Part shown: positions 1 through 8,712 of the stretch, piece after piece
Numbering within the stretch: the stretch's first letter is position 1
Layout: every line of letters begins with the position of its first letter
From: Octopus sinensis
Taxonomy: Eukaryota
DNA length: 14,077 nt
Direction of reading: 5' to 3'
Assembly (NCBI RefSeq): GCF_006345805.1
Contig: NW_021826015.1
Location: forward strand, 1-14,077
The notes under the pieces: model-generated
The model's input: the letters and a program-made list of their open reading frames with translations, nothing else
The model's database searches: none
What the model was told of the DNA's origin: nothing
Made by a program: the position numbers and the translations under genes

Positions 1-170
1 TAAATTTCAATTTCTCTCTATTTCCCTCTCTTTCTTTTTGTCTTTCACATTTTCCATTCCATTTACACCTTCTCTCTCTCACTCACTTCGATTCTTAGTC
101 TTATTTTAACTCTCTCTCTTTCTCTCCAACTCTAGATATCTTTATATCTCTCTTTTCCCTCTTCTTCTCT
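1..170. repeat. Pyrimidine-rich (CT/T) low-complexity tract
   Basis: Almost all C/T with short (CT)n runs; no associated exon could be supported. Confidence 0.7.
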
Positions 171-414
171 TGACAGAGAAATCCTACAGAAGCCAGTTCA
201 ATACAGTAGTGAACCACATACAATAATACCCTCTCACAGTTCACATACATGTGCACTGTTAATGTAACCTTATCTGTGAGGTGATTTACACAAATATCAA
301 GCTATATACTTCATATAAAAACCATCTATAAAACAATCTTCCTCTCTCTATAGAAAAGTACACATCCCTTTATTTTCTTACACGTGTATGAACATATTGA
401 TGTCTGCACATACA

Positions 415-592
415 TTCATTCATTCATACATGTATACATAAATACTCACACACATATATGTATGTGTATATATGTATGTGCATGTATATATATGTGTATA
501 TATACATAATACATATATATATATATATAAATATATATATATATATCTATTTATATTATATATAATTATATATATATTCTATATATATATAA

Positions 593-626
<34 letters not shown>
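415..626. repeat. Compound microsatellite (CATT/CATA/TG/TA)n
   Basis: Directly visible imperfect short repeats ending in long (TA)n. Confidence 0.9.
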
Positions 627-627
<1 letters not shown>

Positions 628-929
628 GATTAACACGTAGTTTGCATGAGGATGCATATGTAAGATTGGTTGTGCATGTGTGTGCATTCATGCACTTCTT
701 CATCCCTGTAGATGTATGGTTGAACAATTGCAACAAGAAGAGAGAGAGTATATCCCCCTCACAAACTTATATGTATGTAATTGCATGTTTTGCCTCTGTG
801 TGTGTGTGTGTTGTGTGTGTGTGTGTAAGTGCGAGTGGTAAGTAGTACAAAAAACAAACTACATGTATTTTCTTACAAGTATATATGTGACAACAGTCTT
901 TCTAAAGACTATACTTAACATTCTTACAA

Positions 930-977
930 ACATATAAACATACATACATACATTCATACATATATATTTATACATAT

Positions 978-1012
<35 letters not shown>

Positions 1013-1137
1013 CTCGTATATACACAGAAATAAATCAGGTTATTGAAAGAACTATTCTCTTAGTTTTATGTCTTACGGAAAACACATTTACTTCATACAT
1101 GCATACATACATACACATATATATGTATGTACGTATG

Positions 1138-1170
<33 letters not shown>

Positions 1171-1188
1171 ATATATAGTATGTATATA

Positions 1189-1223
<35 letters not shown>

Positions 1224-1373
1224 GATATATATATATATATATACATATGTATATATATATGTGCATGTATGAGTGAGTGTGTGTATACTTTACATATATA
1301 TGATGTATATATGTATGTGTATATCTATCTATCTATCTTTCAATTTACCAATCTATTTATCTATCTAGCTAGC

Positions 1374-1405
<32 letters not shown>

Positions 1406-1468
1406 GTATTTATACATAAATATATTATACACAGATAGATAGACAGATACATGCATATATGTGTATAT

Positions 1469-1501
<33 letters not shown>

Positions 1502-1540
1502 TACATGTATGTATATATATTATATATTATATATATTCAC
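930..1540. repeat. Compound microsatellite region (CATA)n,(CA)n,(TA)n,(TATC)n
   Basis: Directly visible; explains the HTHT/YIYI ORFs. Confidence 0.9.
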
Positions 1541-1852
1541 ATGCATAAATGTGTTTTTTTCTCAGAGATAAGTTGGTACACAGATGTGCATATCATAGTA
1601 AATATTTTTACATTACATAAATTTAGGTATATCTTCAAATTTGATGAATGTTTTACAGCTCCTCTGTGGATATATAAAAAAAAGCCATGTTTTTTCACAA
1701 TATTTGCCTATAACCTAGTCACAGACATAAAATATTCAATGATTATATACACATCAATATATCCAGGCAGTATGTATATGCATTCCTATATGTATTTTTT
1801 TTTCCTTTTTGCTGATGTACGTGTGCATGAGTATAAACTTTTATATTAATGC

Positions 1853-2450
1853 TCAGAGGGATCCCATGTTAGCAGTGGAAGAAAGTGTTTGGGAAGCATA
1901 ATATGCTTTCTAAGAATGGGTGGAAAAGTTCAGAAAGCTCTTACCTCTGCTGGCAACAAAGGGATTTTCTCTCTGAGTAAAGAGCATGTTGTATGATGCA
2001 TGTATGCGAAGTGTGATAATGCAAGGTAGTGAAACATGGATATTGAATATAGGAGGGGATGTATGAAGGCTGGAAAGATATAAAGGAGAATGTTGTGCTG
2101 GATGTATAATATCCATTTGAATGAATGACGGAGCATAAATGGGTTAAGAGAAAAACTAAATGTATGAGGACTGAGATACAGTATGCAAGAGAAGAGATTG
2201 CACTGGAATGGACTTGAAATGTGTATGGAAAATGGAAATTGGGTAAAGAAATGCCAAGCAATCTCAATGGAAGGATCCTGCAAATGCGTTAGAGTAAGAA
2301 AAACATGGACAGAAATGGTAAAGGATGTTCACAGGAGACTAGAAATTGTAAAGTATATTATACAAGACTAAATAAGTGACAATACTGCACAGTCCAAAAC
2401 TGTGTAAATATGTGAAACAATGATTGTGCAATGATAAGAGTGATGGTGAT
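1853..2450 (+). mobile_element. Degenerate RTE-clade LINE 3' fragment (C-terminal part of RT ORF), with stops and frameshifts
   Basis: From 1926: KFRKLLPLLATKGFSL*VKSMLYDACMRSVIMQGSETW. ORF 2183-2371: MQEKRLHWNG...WVKKC...EG...RVRKTWTEMVKD. These match the RTE motifs 'YxxxVRxxxxYGSETW' and 'RRLRWxGHVxRM...GRPRKTW...D'. Degenerate (TGA)n-like tail near 2431-2450. Confidence 0.88.
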
Positions 2451-2630
2451 ATATATATTAGAGGGTGTCAGACAGCCAAGGAGACGGAGAGATAATGTCT
2501 GAAAGGCAGGAAAAGTGGTGAATGTCATATTTTCTTAGTTCACATACACTTACATAGAGACATGCACACATAGATACTACTTTTGTATATGGTAGCAATT
2601 TTATGCAATATATATATATATATATATATA

Positions 2631-3145
2631 CTAGCAGTATCGCCCGGCGTTGCTCGGATTTGTAAGGGAAATAACTATATAAGCATTTTTAGAGAGTTAC
2701 TTCCTTTATAGATGCCAATTCGGGCTTTTTTAGCGATTTCTGTTTTGGCGACTTCAAGCCATGAAGTCGTTGTTCTAAAAGAACGCTGGTCTCCTTGACA
2801 ACGCATTACGACGTGATTTCCTTGAACCCTTCCCCACAGCTTCACGAGGGAGGGAAGAAGGGGGAGAAGCAAACACAGGTGCAGGTGTTTGAGCGTGGAT
2901 GCCAACTCGCCGCCATCGACACACGAAAAATTATGCATTAAAATGGAATAAAAAAAATGATGTTAAATTATTTTTAAAATCGTAGACTTATCGTAGACGC
3001 GCGCTAATAGCCAGACGGGCTCGATATTAATCACGACTATAAGATACCCAAATTTGGTTAAACTGCACCGCAAAATGTGGGAGTAGTTAGGAATCTAAAT
3101 CATAGGAGACAGACACTCACACAACTACAGTTTTATATATATAGA
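2631..3145 (-). mobile_element. Non-autonomous Helitron (515 bp)
   Basis: Minus strand begins A|TCTATATATATAAAA (TC at 3145-3144) and ends CTAG|T (2634-2631). Subterminal GC hairpin ccgagc-aac-gccgg (2644-2657) lies about 10 nt before CTAG. Inserted at AT within (TA)n, no TSD, CpG-rich. Confidence 0.85.
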
Positions 3146-3150
3146 TATAT

Positions 3151-3308
3151 AAAATAATATGTGACAATTATTCAGTAGCCAAGATAAAACTCTGAGTTTC
3201 GGATGCTGAGGTGGAAATCCACACCACCATCTCTTCGGTTATCTGGCCATCTATTTACATAATATTGAGGTCTCTTTCTTTCTTTTGTTATCTTACCGTT
3301 TTTACCAA
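3151..3308 (-). mobile_element. Short (TA)n-embedded element, probable Penelope-like pseudo-LTR fragment (family 1)
   Basis: Unique about 160-bp block between TA repeats that contains a minimal hammerhead motif; Penelope assignment is inferred from that motif. Confidence 0.55.
3183..3243 (-). ncRNA. Minimal type I hammerhead ribozyme motif (U4C variant)
   Basis: Minus strand: gataa CCGAAGA gatg[...gtgg attt ccac...]catc c GAAA ctc a gag T T ttatc. Stem I gataa/ttatc, stem II gatg/catc, self-complementary stem III ACTC-A-GAGT. Predicted cut between 3188 and 3187. Confidence 0.6.
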
Positions 3309-3338
3309 TATATATATACATATATATATACTCTCTCT

Positions 3339-3748
3339 CTTTTTACTCTTATAGTTTCTTCAGTCATTTGACTGCAGCCATGCTGGAGCACCACCTTTAG
3401 TTGAGCAAATGGAACCCAGGATTTATTCTTTGGAAGCCTAGTACTTATTCTATCGGACTCTTTTGCCGAACCACTAAATTATGGGAACATAAACACACCA
3501 CCATCGGATGTTAAGCGATGTTGGCAGACAAACACAGACACTCGAACATATACACATACATATATATATATATATACATATATACAATGGGCTTCTTTCA
3601 GTTTCCATCTACCAAATCCACTCACAAGGCTTTGGTCGGCCCACGGCTATAGTAGACAACACTTGCTCAAGGTGCCACGCAGTGGGAACGAACCCAGAAC
3701 CATGTCGTTAGTAAGCAAGCTACTTACCACACAGCCACTCCTACGCCT
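3339..3748 (-). mobile_element. tRNA-derived SINE family A (CORE-like centre, internal microsatellite), near full length
   Basis: Sense head ggagtggctgtgtggtaag (A box) and gggttcgttccc (B box), then ggcaccttgagcaagtg (CORE-like), internal (TA/TG)n and an (AAAAGAGT)-like tail. Homologous copies occur elsewhere in the window. Confidence 0.9.
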
Positions 3749-3760
3749 ATATATATATAT

Positions 3761-3793
<33 letters not shown>

Positions 3794-3946
3794 CATACAC
3801 ACACAAACATATACACACACTTTGTACTTGTGTGTGTAGATGCATAAGCATATATTTGCCAAAGGACATCGCACTATATCAGCAATCATGTTATGTAGGT
3901 ATGAACACTCATCAGAGTTGTCAAAAATAGAAATACATGCACATTT

Positions 3947-3978
<32 letters not shown>

Positions 3979-4084
3979 TCACATACACATTCAACATTGA
4001 TGCACAAATAATTCACAGATACATTGCTTCAAGACTGCATAGATAATCTTATAGATTAATAGATTGATCACTAAACTTATACAA

Positions 4085-4225
4085 TATATATGTCTATATA
4101 TATATATATATATAAATAATACACACACACACATATATATATATATATGTATATATGCATGTATATGAATATGTATATAATTTGTGTATGTGCACACGGT
4201 GTGTGTGTATGTATATATGTGTGTA

Positions 4226-4276
<51 letters not shown>

Positions 4277-4312
4277 TCTATATATAGATATATACATATA
4301 TATTATATATAT
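4085..4312. repeat. (TA)n/(TG)n compound microsatellite
   Basis: Directly visible; further tracts at 3749-3820 and 3949-3990. Confidence 0.9.
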
Positions 4313-4329
4313 ATTTATTATATAGAAGG

Positions 4330-4379
4330 AGCTTCTACAGGACTAGTACTGTTTCATTCAGAGAAATCTTCAGGAAGCT
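4330..4379 (-). ncRNA. Minimal type I hammerhead ribozyme motif with intact core
   Basis: Minus strand: agcttc CTGAAGA t-ttc-tct-gaa-t GAAA cag tACTAGTc ctg TA gaagct. Stem I 6 bp, stem III ACAG/CTGT with palindromic ACTAGT loop, GUA cleavage triplet (cut between 4336 and 4335). Stem II is weak, with U-U at its base. Confidence 0.72.
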
Positions 4380-4420
4380 TCCTGAAGATTTCTCAAAACA
4401 GTACTAGTCCTGTAGAAGCT
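4376..4420 (+). ncRNA. Defective mirror copy of the hammerhead motif
   Basis: agcttc CTGAAGA tttctc AAAA cag tactagtc ctg TA gaagct: TGAATG is replaced by A, which removes half of stem II and the G of GAAA. Confidence 0.6.
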
Positions 4421-4502
4421 CCTTCTATATAATAAATTAATTTTACTCTGCTATGTATTGAGTACCTTACTTACTGTGGTTAACCCCGAATCAACCCGGA
4501 CC

Positions 4503-4539
<37 letters not shown>

Positions 4540-5010
4540 TATAGGTTTGCTTGAGGAAGCATGAGAAAGAGAAATACAACTTAATACAGGTGAATATATA
4601 CATCATCTTATTTTTAATCAGCAGATAGCAAATAGTTGCAACAGTGGCTCAAGGGCCAAGCGTTTGATAAGGACGACGCAATGATTTGAGCTGAGTGACC
4701 TTGGTGTGAACTGCTACATGCGTGATTTCAACATTTTTAGCGAGAAAGTAAATGGGAAATAAAAAAATATTGACTAATTAATGTGCTGGACAATGAAACC
4801 ATTCTAATATGAACTGTGGGCATCTTTCCAAAACTATGAAAGAGATTGACGGAGACAGTGATGCCTCGATTGCTGGTCAATTCAGTTCACTGACGTTGGA
4901 AGGTGATGCATGGTTCATCTGCGTTTGGGTCTGGCACAAGTGCATGCTGACATCGATGCAAAATGATGATGTTTGAACTTGATGAAATGTGAATGCCGGA
5001 GACATATTTT

Positions 5011-5308
5011 TTTCTCTTTTGTTTGTTTTAGTCATTAGACTGTGGCCATGCTGGAGCACCATCTTGGGTGATTTTAGTTGAAGGAATTGACCCTAATACT
5101 CTTTTACTCTTTTACTTGTTTCAGTCATTTGACTGTGGCCCTGCTGGAGCACCGCCTTGAGTCGAGCAAATCGACCCCAGAACTTATTCTTTGTAAGCCT
5201 ATTACTTATTCTATCTGGTCTCTTTTGCCGAACCGCTAAGTTACAGGGACATAAACACACCACCATCGGTTGTGAAGTGATGTTGGGGGGACAAACACAG
5301 ACACACAA

Positions 5309-5355
<47 letters not shown>

Positions 5356-5814
5356 TATGACGGGCTTCTTTCAGTTTCCGTCCACCAAATCCACTTAGAA
5401 GCTTTGGTCGGCCCGAGGCTATAGTAGAAGACACTTGCCCAAGGTGCCATGCAGTGTGACTGAACCCGGAACCATGTGGTTGGTAAGCAAGCTACTTACC
5501 ACACAGCCACTCCTGCACCTAATGCATACATTTTTTTTCTTTAAAATCTGGTACTTATTCTAGTGGTGTTTGTTGTCAAACCCTTAAATTACAGTGATGT
5601 AAACACACCAACACCAACACAAATACAAACACACACATACACACACACTCTCTCTCACACACCACACATAATATCAACTAAATCCACCCACAAGGCTTTG
5701 GTCAGCTTGAGGCTATAGTAGAAGACACTTGCCCAAGGTGTCACACAGTGGGACTGAACCCAGAACCATGTTGCTGGGATGCAAACATCTTACCACATAA
5801 CCATGCCTGTACCT
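5011..5814 (-). mobile_element. Older SINE family A copy, split into 5011-5096 and 5521-5814 by a younger copy
   Basis: Tail segment gtcattagactgtggccatgctggagcacc stops at gaccctaat; homology resumes after 5520 (ggtacttattcta...caaggctttggtc...catgcctgtacct). Confidence 0.8.
5097..5520 (-). mobile_element. Younger full-length SINE family A copy nested in an older copy
   Basis: Complete head to tail with more CpGs retained; candidate TSD cctaat(a/g)c at 5092-5099 and 5518-5525. Confidence 0.9.
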
Positions 5815-5978
5815 ATAGGATAATAACAAGCTATAAGTTGACAGTTGAATTTGATGAAAGGAAATCTGAGAAAATTAGACCAAACTGGTAAATTTTGGAT
5901 GACATTCGAAACAGAACGACACAGGACTGAGATGCATGGAGAGATTTTTCAGTAATGTTTGAAATATAGGTATCATAA

Positions 5979-5993
5979 TGTGTGTGTGTGTGT

Positions 5994-6035
<42 letters not shown>

Positions 6036-6277
6036 CCCCAAACATCACTTGACAACCGATGCTGGTGTGTTTACGTCCTCGTAACTTAGTAGTATGGCAA
6101 AAGAGACCGATAGAATAAGTACTATGCCTACAAAGAATAAGACCTGGGATTGATTTCTTCGACTAAAAGTAATGCTCCAGTATGGCCACAGTCAAATGAT
6201 TGAAACAAGTAAAAGAGTAAAGAGAGTCAAGTACTGGGGTTGATGTAATGATAGCTGCTGGTCCGGCACCAAAATTT
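5979..6277 (+). repeat. Left arm of local inverted duplication (SINE A 3' half plus flank); partner 6352-6619
   Basis: Reverse complement aligns without gaps to 6352-6598 with about 15 mismatches in about 250 bp, including about 50 bp of non-family-A flank. Confidence 0.9.
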
Positions 6278-6402
6278 AAAATAGTGAGAAGGACAAAATA
6301 GAGGAGCAGGGACACAGAGAGATAAGAATATGGTATGGCAATAATGGTTCCAAATTTTGGTGCCGGACCAGCAGCTTTCGTTACATCAACCCCAGTACTA
6401 GA

Positions 6403-6813
6403 CTCCCTTTACTCTTTTACTTGTTTCAATCATTTGACTGTGGCCATACTGGAGCACCACTTTTAGTCGAAGAAATCGATCCCAGGGCTTATTCTTTGTA
6501 AGCATAGTACTTATTCTATCGGTCTCTTTTGCCAAACTACTAAGTTACGAGGAAGTAAACACACCAGCATCGGTTGTCAAATGATGTTGTGGGACAGACA
6601 CACACACACACACACACATATGTATACATATATACGATGGGCTCCTTTCAGTTTCCATCTACCAAATCCACTCACAAGGCTTTGGTCGGCCCGAGGCTAT
6701 AGTAGAAGACACTTGCCCAAGGTGCCACACAGTGGGACTGAACCCAGAACCATGTGGTTGCTATTTACCACATAGCCATTCCTGCACCTATTCACACAGC
6801 CACTCCTGCGCCT
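6403..6813 (-). mobile_element. SINE family A copy with duplicated 5' end
   Basis: Full family A homology; the head 21-mer occurs twice (6769-6789 and 6793-6813). Confidence 0.88.
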
Positions 6814-6897
6814 GTTAGTTATTTTATCAACCCTGGTACTTGACTGTTACTTATTTTATCAACCCTGGTACTTTACTGTTACTTATTTTATCGACCC
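6812..6897. repeat. 32-bp tandem repeat, about 2.7 copies, derived from the SINE B centre
   Basis: Unit ctgttacttattttatcaaccctggtacttga starting at 6812, 6844 and 6876. Confidence 0.9.
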
Positions 6898-7018
6898 CAA
6901 ATAGATGAAAGGCAGAGTTAACCTCAGTGGAATTTGGACCCACAACATAAAGATAGATGGAATGACTGCTAAGCATTTTATCCAGCATTCTAGCAATTCC
7001 GCCAGTTCACTTCCTTAA

Positions 7019-7233
7019 CCTTTTTAGCCTTTAACCGAGCCATATCTGGCCCAAATATTGTACCTGTTAAATGTTCAAACCCGCCAGATTTGGCCTTTCA
7101 CACATACTCTGCAATGTCATTCTAAAAGCAAACAATCACCTTCACTGAAATTTTGAAGCTATGAGATAATAAACAATTAATTCAAAACTCTGTGAATAAA
7201 CAAGAATTACATTGACGTCTGAATGTTAAAGGG
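7019..7233. mobile_element. piggyBac-type MITE 1
   Basis: TTAA at 7015-7018 and 7234-7237; degenerate TIRs cctttttagcctt / aatgttaaaggg. Confidence 0.72.
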
Positions 7234-7280
7234 TTAATATGAAACTAATTCCTTCTGTTAAAGGCTTCTGTTAAAGGCTT

Positions 7281-7419
7281 CTGTTACTTATGCTACCAAC
7301 TCCAAAAGGGTGAAAGGCAAAGTCAGCATTGGCACAACTTGGACTCAAAACATAAAAGCAGGTGAAAGGTTGCAAAGCATTTTCTCCAGCATGCTTACCG
7401 ATTCTGCCAGCTCACTGCC
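7281..7419 (-). mobile_element. SINE family B 5' part
   Basis: ctgttactta...gtgaaaggcaaagtca...gattctgccagctcactgcc; preceded by a 13-bp tandem repeat cttctgttaaagg (7252-7286). Confidence 0.8.
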
Positions 7420-7423
7420 TTAA

Positions 7424-7627
7424 CCCTTTCGTTACCATATTTCTGTTGAGATGCTCTGTGTTTCTTTCAATTACTTTAAATATAACAAAGAATTTAGTAA
7501 AATAACTTAGTCATCATTTAGCTACTGTTAGGAACATTTGGTGGAAGATTTTAATTCAAAACTTATGAAAATATAACATTTGTACTCAGATCCAGGGCCG
7601 GTTTCAGCCGGGTTGGTCACAAAAGGG
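7424..7627. mobile_element. piggyBac-type MITE 2 (internal sequence differs from MITE 1)
   Basis: TTAA at 7420-7423 and 7628-7631; TIRs ccctttcgttacca / tggtcacaaaaggg (12 of 14 match). Confidence 0.85.
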
Positions 7628-7650
7628 TTAATATGATATGATAATAATAA

Positions 7651-7788
7651 CGGTTTCAAATTTTGACACAAAACCAGCAGTTTTTGACGGTGAAGTCAAT
7701 TACATCCATCCCTGTATTTGACCAGTACTTATTTTATTGAACACAAAAGGACGAAAGGCAAAGTCAATCTCAGTAGAATTTGAACACA
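7651..7788 (-). mobile_element. SINE family B, 5'-truncated
   Basis: cggtttcaaattttgac...gaaaggcaaagtcaatctcagtagaatttgaac, ending in (TGA)n(TAA)n. Confidence 0.8.
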
Positions 7789-7822
7789 TGATGATGATGA
7801 TAATAATAATAATAATAATAAA

Positions 7823-8240
7823 TGCCCTGATGCAGTACCAGGCAGAGGATCTCGTGGCTTTTGATTGGAAGTGTTATCATGTATATTGTTTTGTCTTGGT
7901 ATAAAAGATGGGCTACAGAAAATATTCTGCTCAATACCATAGATTTGCTTGTCAGTTGTTTGACCATAACCAGTTGAGCATGTCCCTTAGTGGCTGACGA
8001 TATGTGCATCTCTGATCACGAGCAGAAGTAGTGGGGGAGCATCATAGCCATGTGTTGAGAGGGATTCTTTGGGGTTTGAATAATTCACCTCTGGAAACAT
8101 GGTTGTTTTGTTCAACATCCTTAAACAACCCTTATTCAGGGACCTTTTGAGCAGGATGGGTTACTCGACCAGAAGAAAATTCTAACTGGTCCCTACCTTC
8201 AAGGTCATGTACTGTTAATCTTGATATGAGATCACCATGT
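7823..8240. other. Unclassified complex block, probably a repeat, between (TAA)n and a Dong/R4 3' end
   Basis: Abrupt start after (TAA)n, higher GC than the flanks, no recognisable protein; joins directly to the Dong/R4 coding remnant. Confidence 0.4.
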
Positions 8241-8424
8241 CTTGAGAAGTACTTGGAACAAATAGGGGCTGCAATAAGGGTAGAGCACTTGCAGAAAATG
8301 GCACTGCTTGGAACTGCTCGAATGCTCTGGAACGTGCTCGAAAAATAAGAGGTGTTACCTTAGTTCACTGGTTGTGAACAGCTGACACTGTAGTACAACT
8401 CCAGCATTAGAAGCTGTGCAAAGG
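8241..8424 (+). mobile_element. Dong/R4-clade non-LTR retrotransposon 3' end 1 (RLE C-terminus plus 3' UTR)
   Basis: 8241-8348 translates LEKYLEQIGAAIRVEHLQKMALLGTARMLWNVLEK*, matching the R4/Dong terminal motif LQKxxLLGTARILRxVL; followed by (TAA/TGA)n. Confidence 0.85.
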
Positions 8425-8514
8425 TAATGATAATAATGATAATAATGATAATGATGATGATGATGATGATGATGAGATGATGATGATGATAATAATAATA
8501 ATAATAATAATAAT
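8425..8514. repeat. (TAA)n/(TGA)n microsatellite
   Basis: Directly visible. Confidence 0.95.
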
Positions 8515-8710
8515 AAAATACTGTCTATGTAATCCCAAATTTTAAAACAAACTTATAATTTTGTTTTCTTGAACATTCTCTAGAACAATACTATGTGCAA
8601 AACCAAATATATGATACCCTAGACATAATACTAACTTGAACTTCTAACTTGTTGTCTCTTGAGGTCCCTGGGTGAGACTTAGAGTCAACTTGTACAAATA
8701 CAAAGCAAAA
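8515..8710 (+). mobile_element. Probable Dong/R4 3' end 2 (last codons plus 3' UTR)
   Basis: Starts KILSM* (8515-8532), paralleling KTLSI* of fragment 3, and contains the same 3' UTR hairpin type at 8662-8680. Confidence 0.55.
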
Positions 8711-8712
8711 TT

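Larger units (their letters stand above)
4313..4505. mobile_element. Probable Penelope-like pseudo-LTR with inverted partial copy (family 2), inserted in (TA)n
   Basis: Palindrome 4313-4437 centred on AAG|CTT (4377/4378), followed by a 68-nt unique tail. Each arm carries a hammerhead motif followed by AATAAA. TA repeats on both sides. Confidence 0.7.
6346..7014 (-). mobile_element. tRNA-derived SINE family B (Meta-domain-like centre), interrupted by SINE A at 6403-6813
   Basis: Tail ggttccaaattttgg...ttacatcaaccccagtact on the left; continues as ttattttatcgacccc...gatgaaaggc...gccagttcacttcc on the right; homologous to 12518-12747. Confidence 0.8.

Noticed and set aside
150-215. Polypyrimidine tract plus CAG as a possible splice acceptor at 176
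   Set aside because: No supported downstream exon or donor.
642-1849. ORFs 642-845, 976-1200 and 1505-1849, and similar YIYI/HTHT/VCVC ORFs at 3647-4297, 5093-5450 and 9336-9998
   Set aside because: Translations of microsatellites and SINEs; no domain-like content.
4184-4432. ORF ending [11 protein letters not shown]...[10 protein letters not shown]
   Set aside because: A by-product of (TA)n plus the palindrome.
4640-4705. gtggctcaaggg...gtgaccttgg, resembling an ancient tRNA/CORE SINE
   Set aside because: Too short and degenerate; no B box found.
4836-4976. 46-codon ORF MKEIDGDSDASIAGQFSS... in a GC-richer unique island
   Set aside because: No recognisable motif or convincing splice sites; would need BLASTx or RNA-seq.
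5440-5520. tRNA-like A and B boxes as a tRNA gene
   Set aside because: No complete cloverleaf; it is the head of a SINE repeated several times in the window.
6812-6897. 32-bp repeats as a possible CRISPR array
   Set aside because: Units are contiguous with no spacers, are SINE-derived, and the context is eukaryotic.
7994-8050. CTGACGA hammerhead-like core
   Set aside because: No correctly placed GAAA, stem III or stem I.
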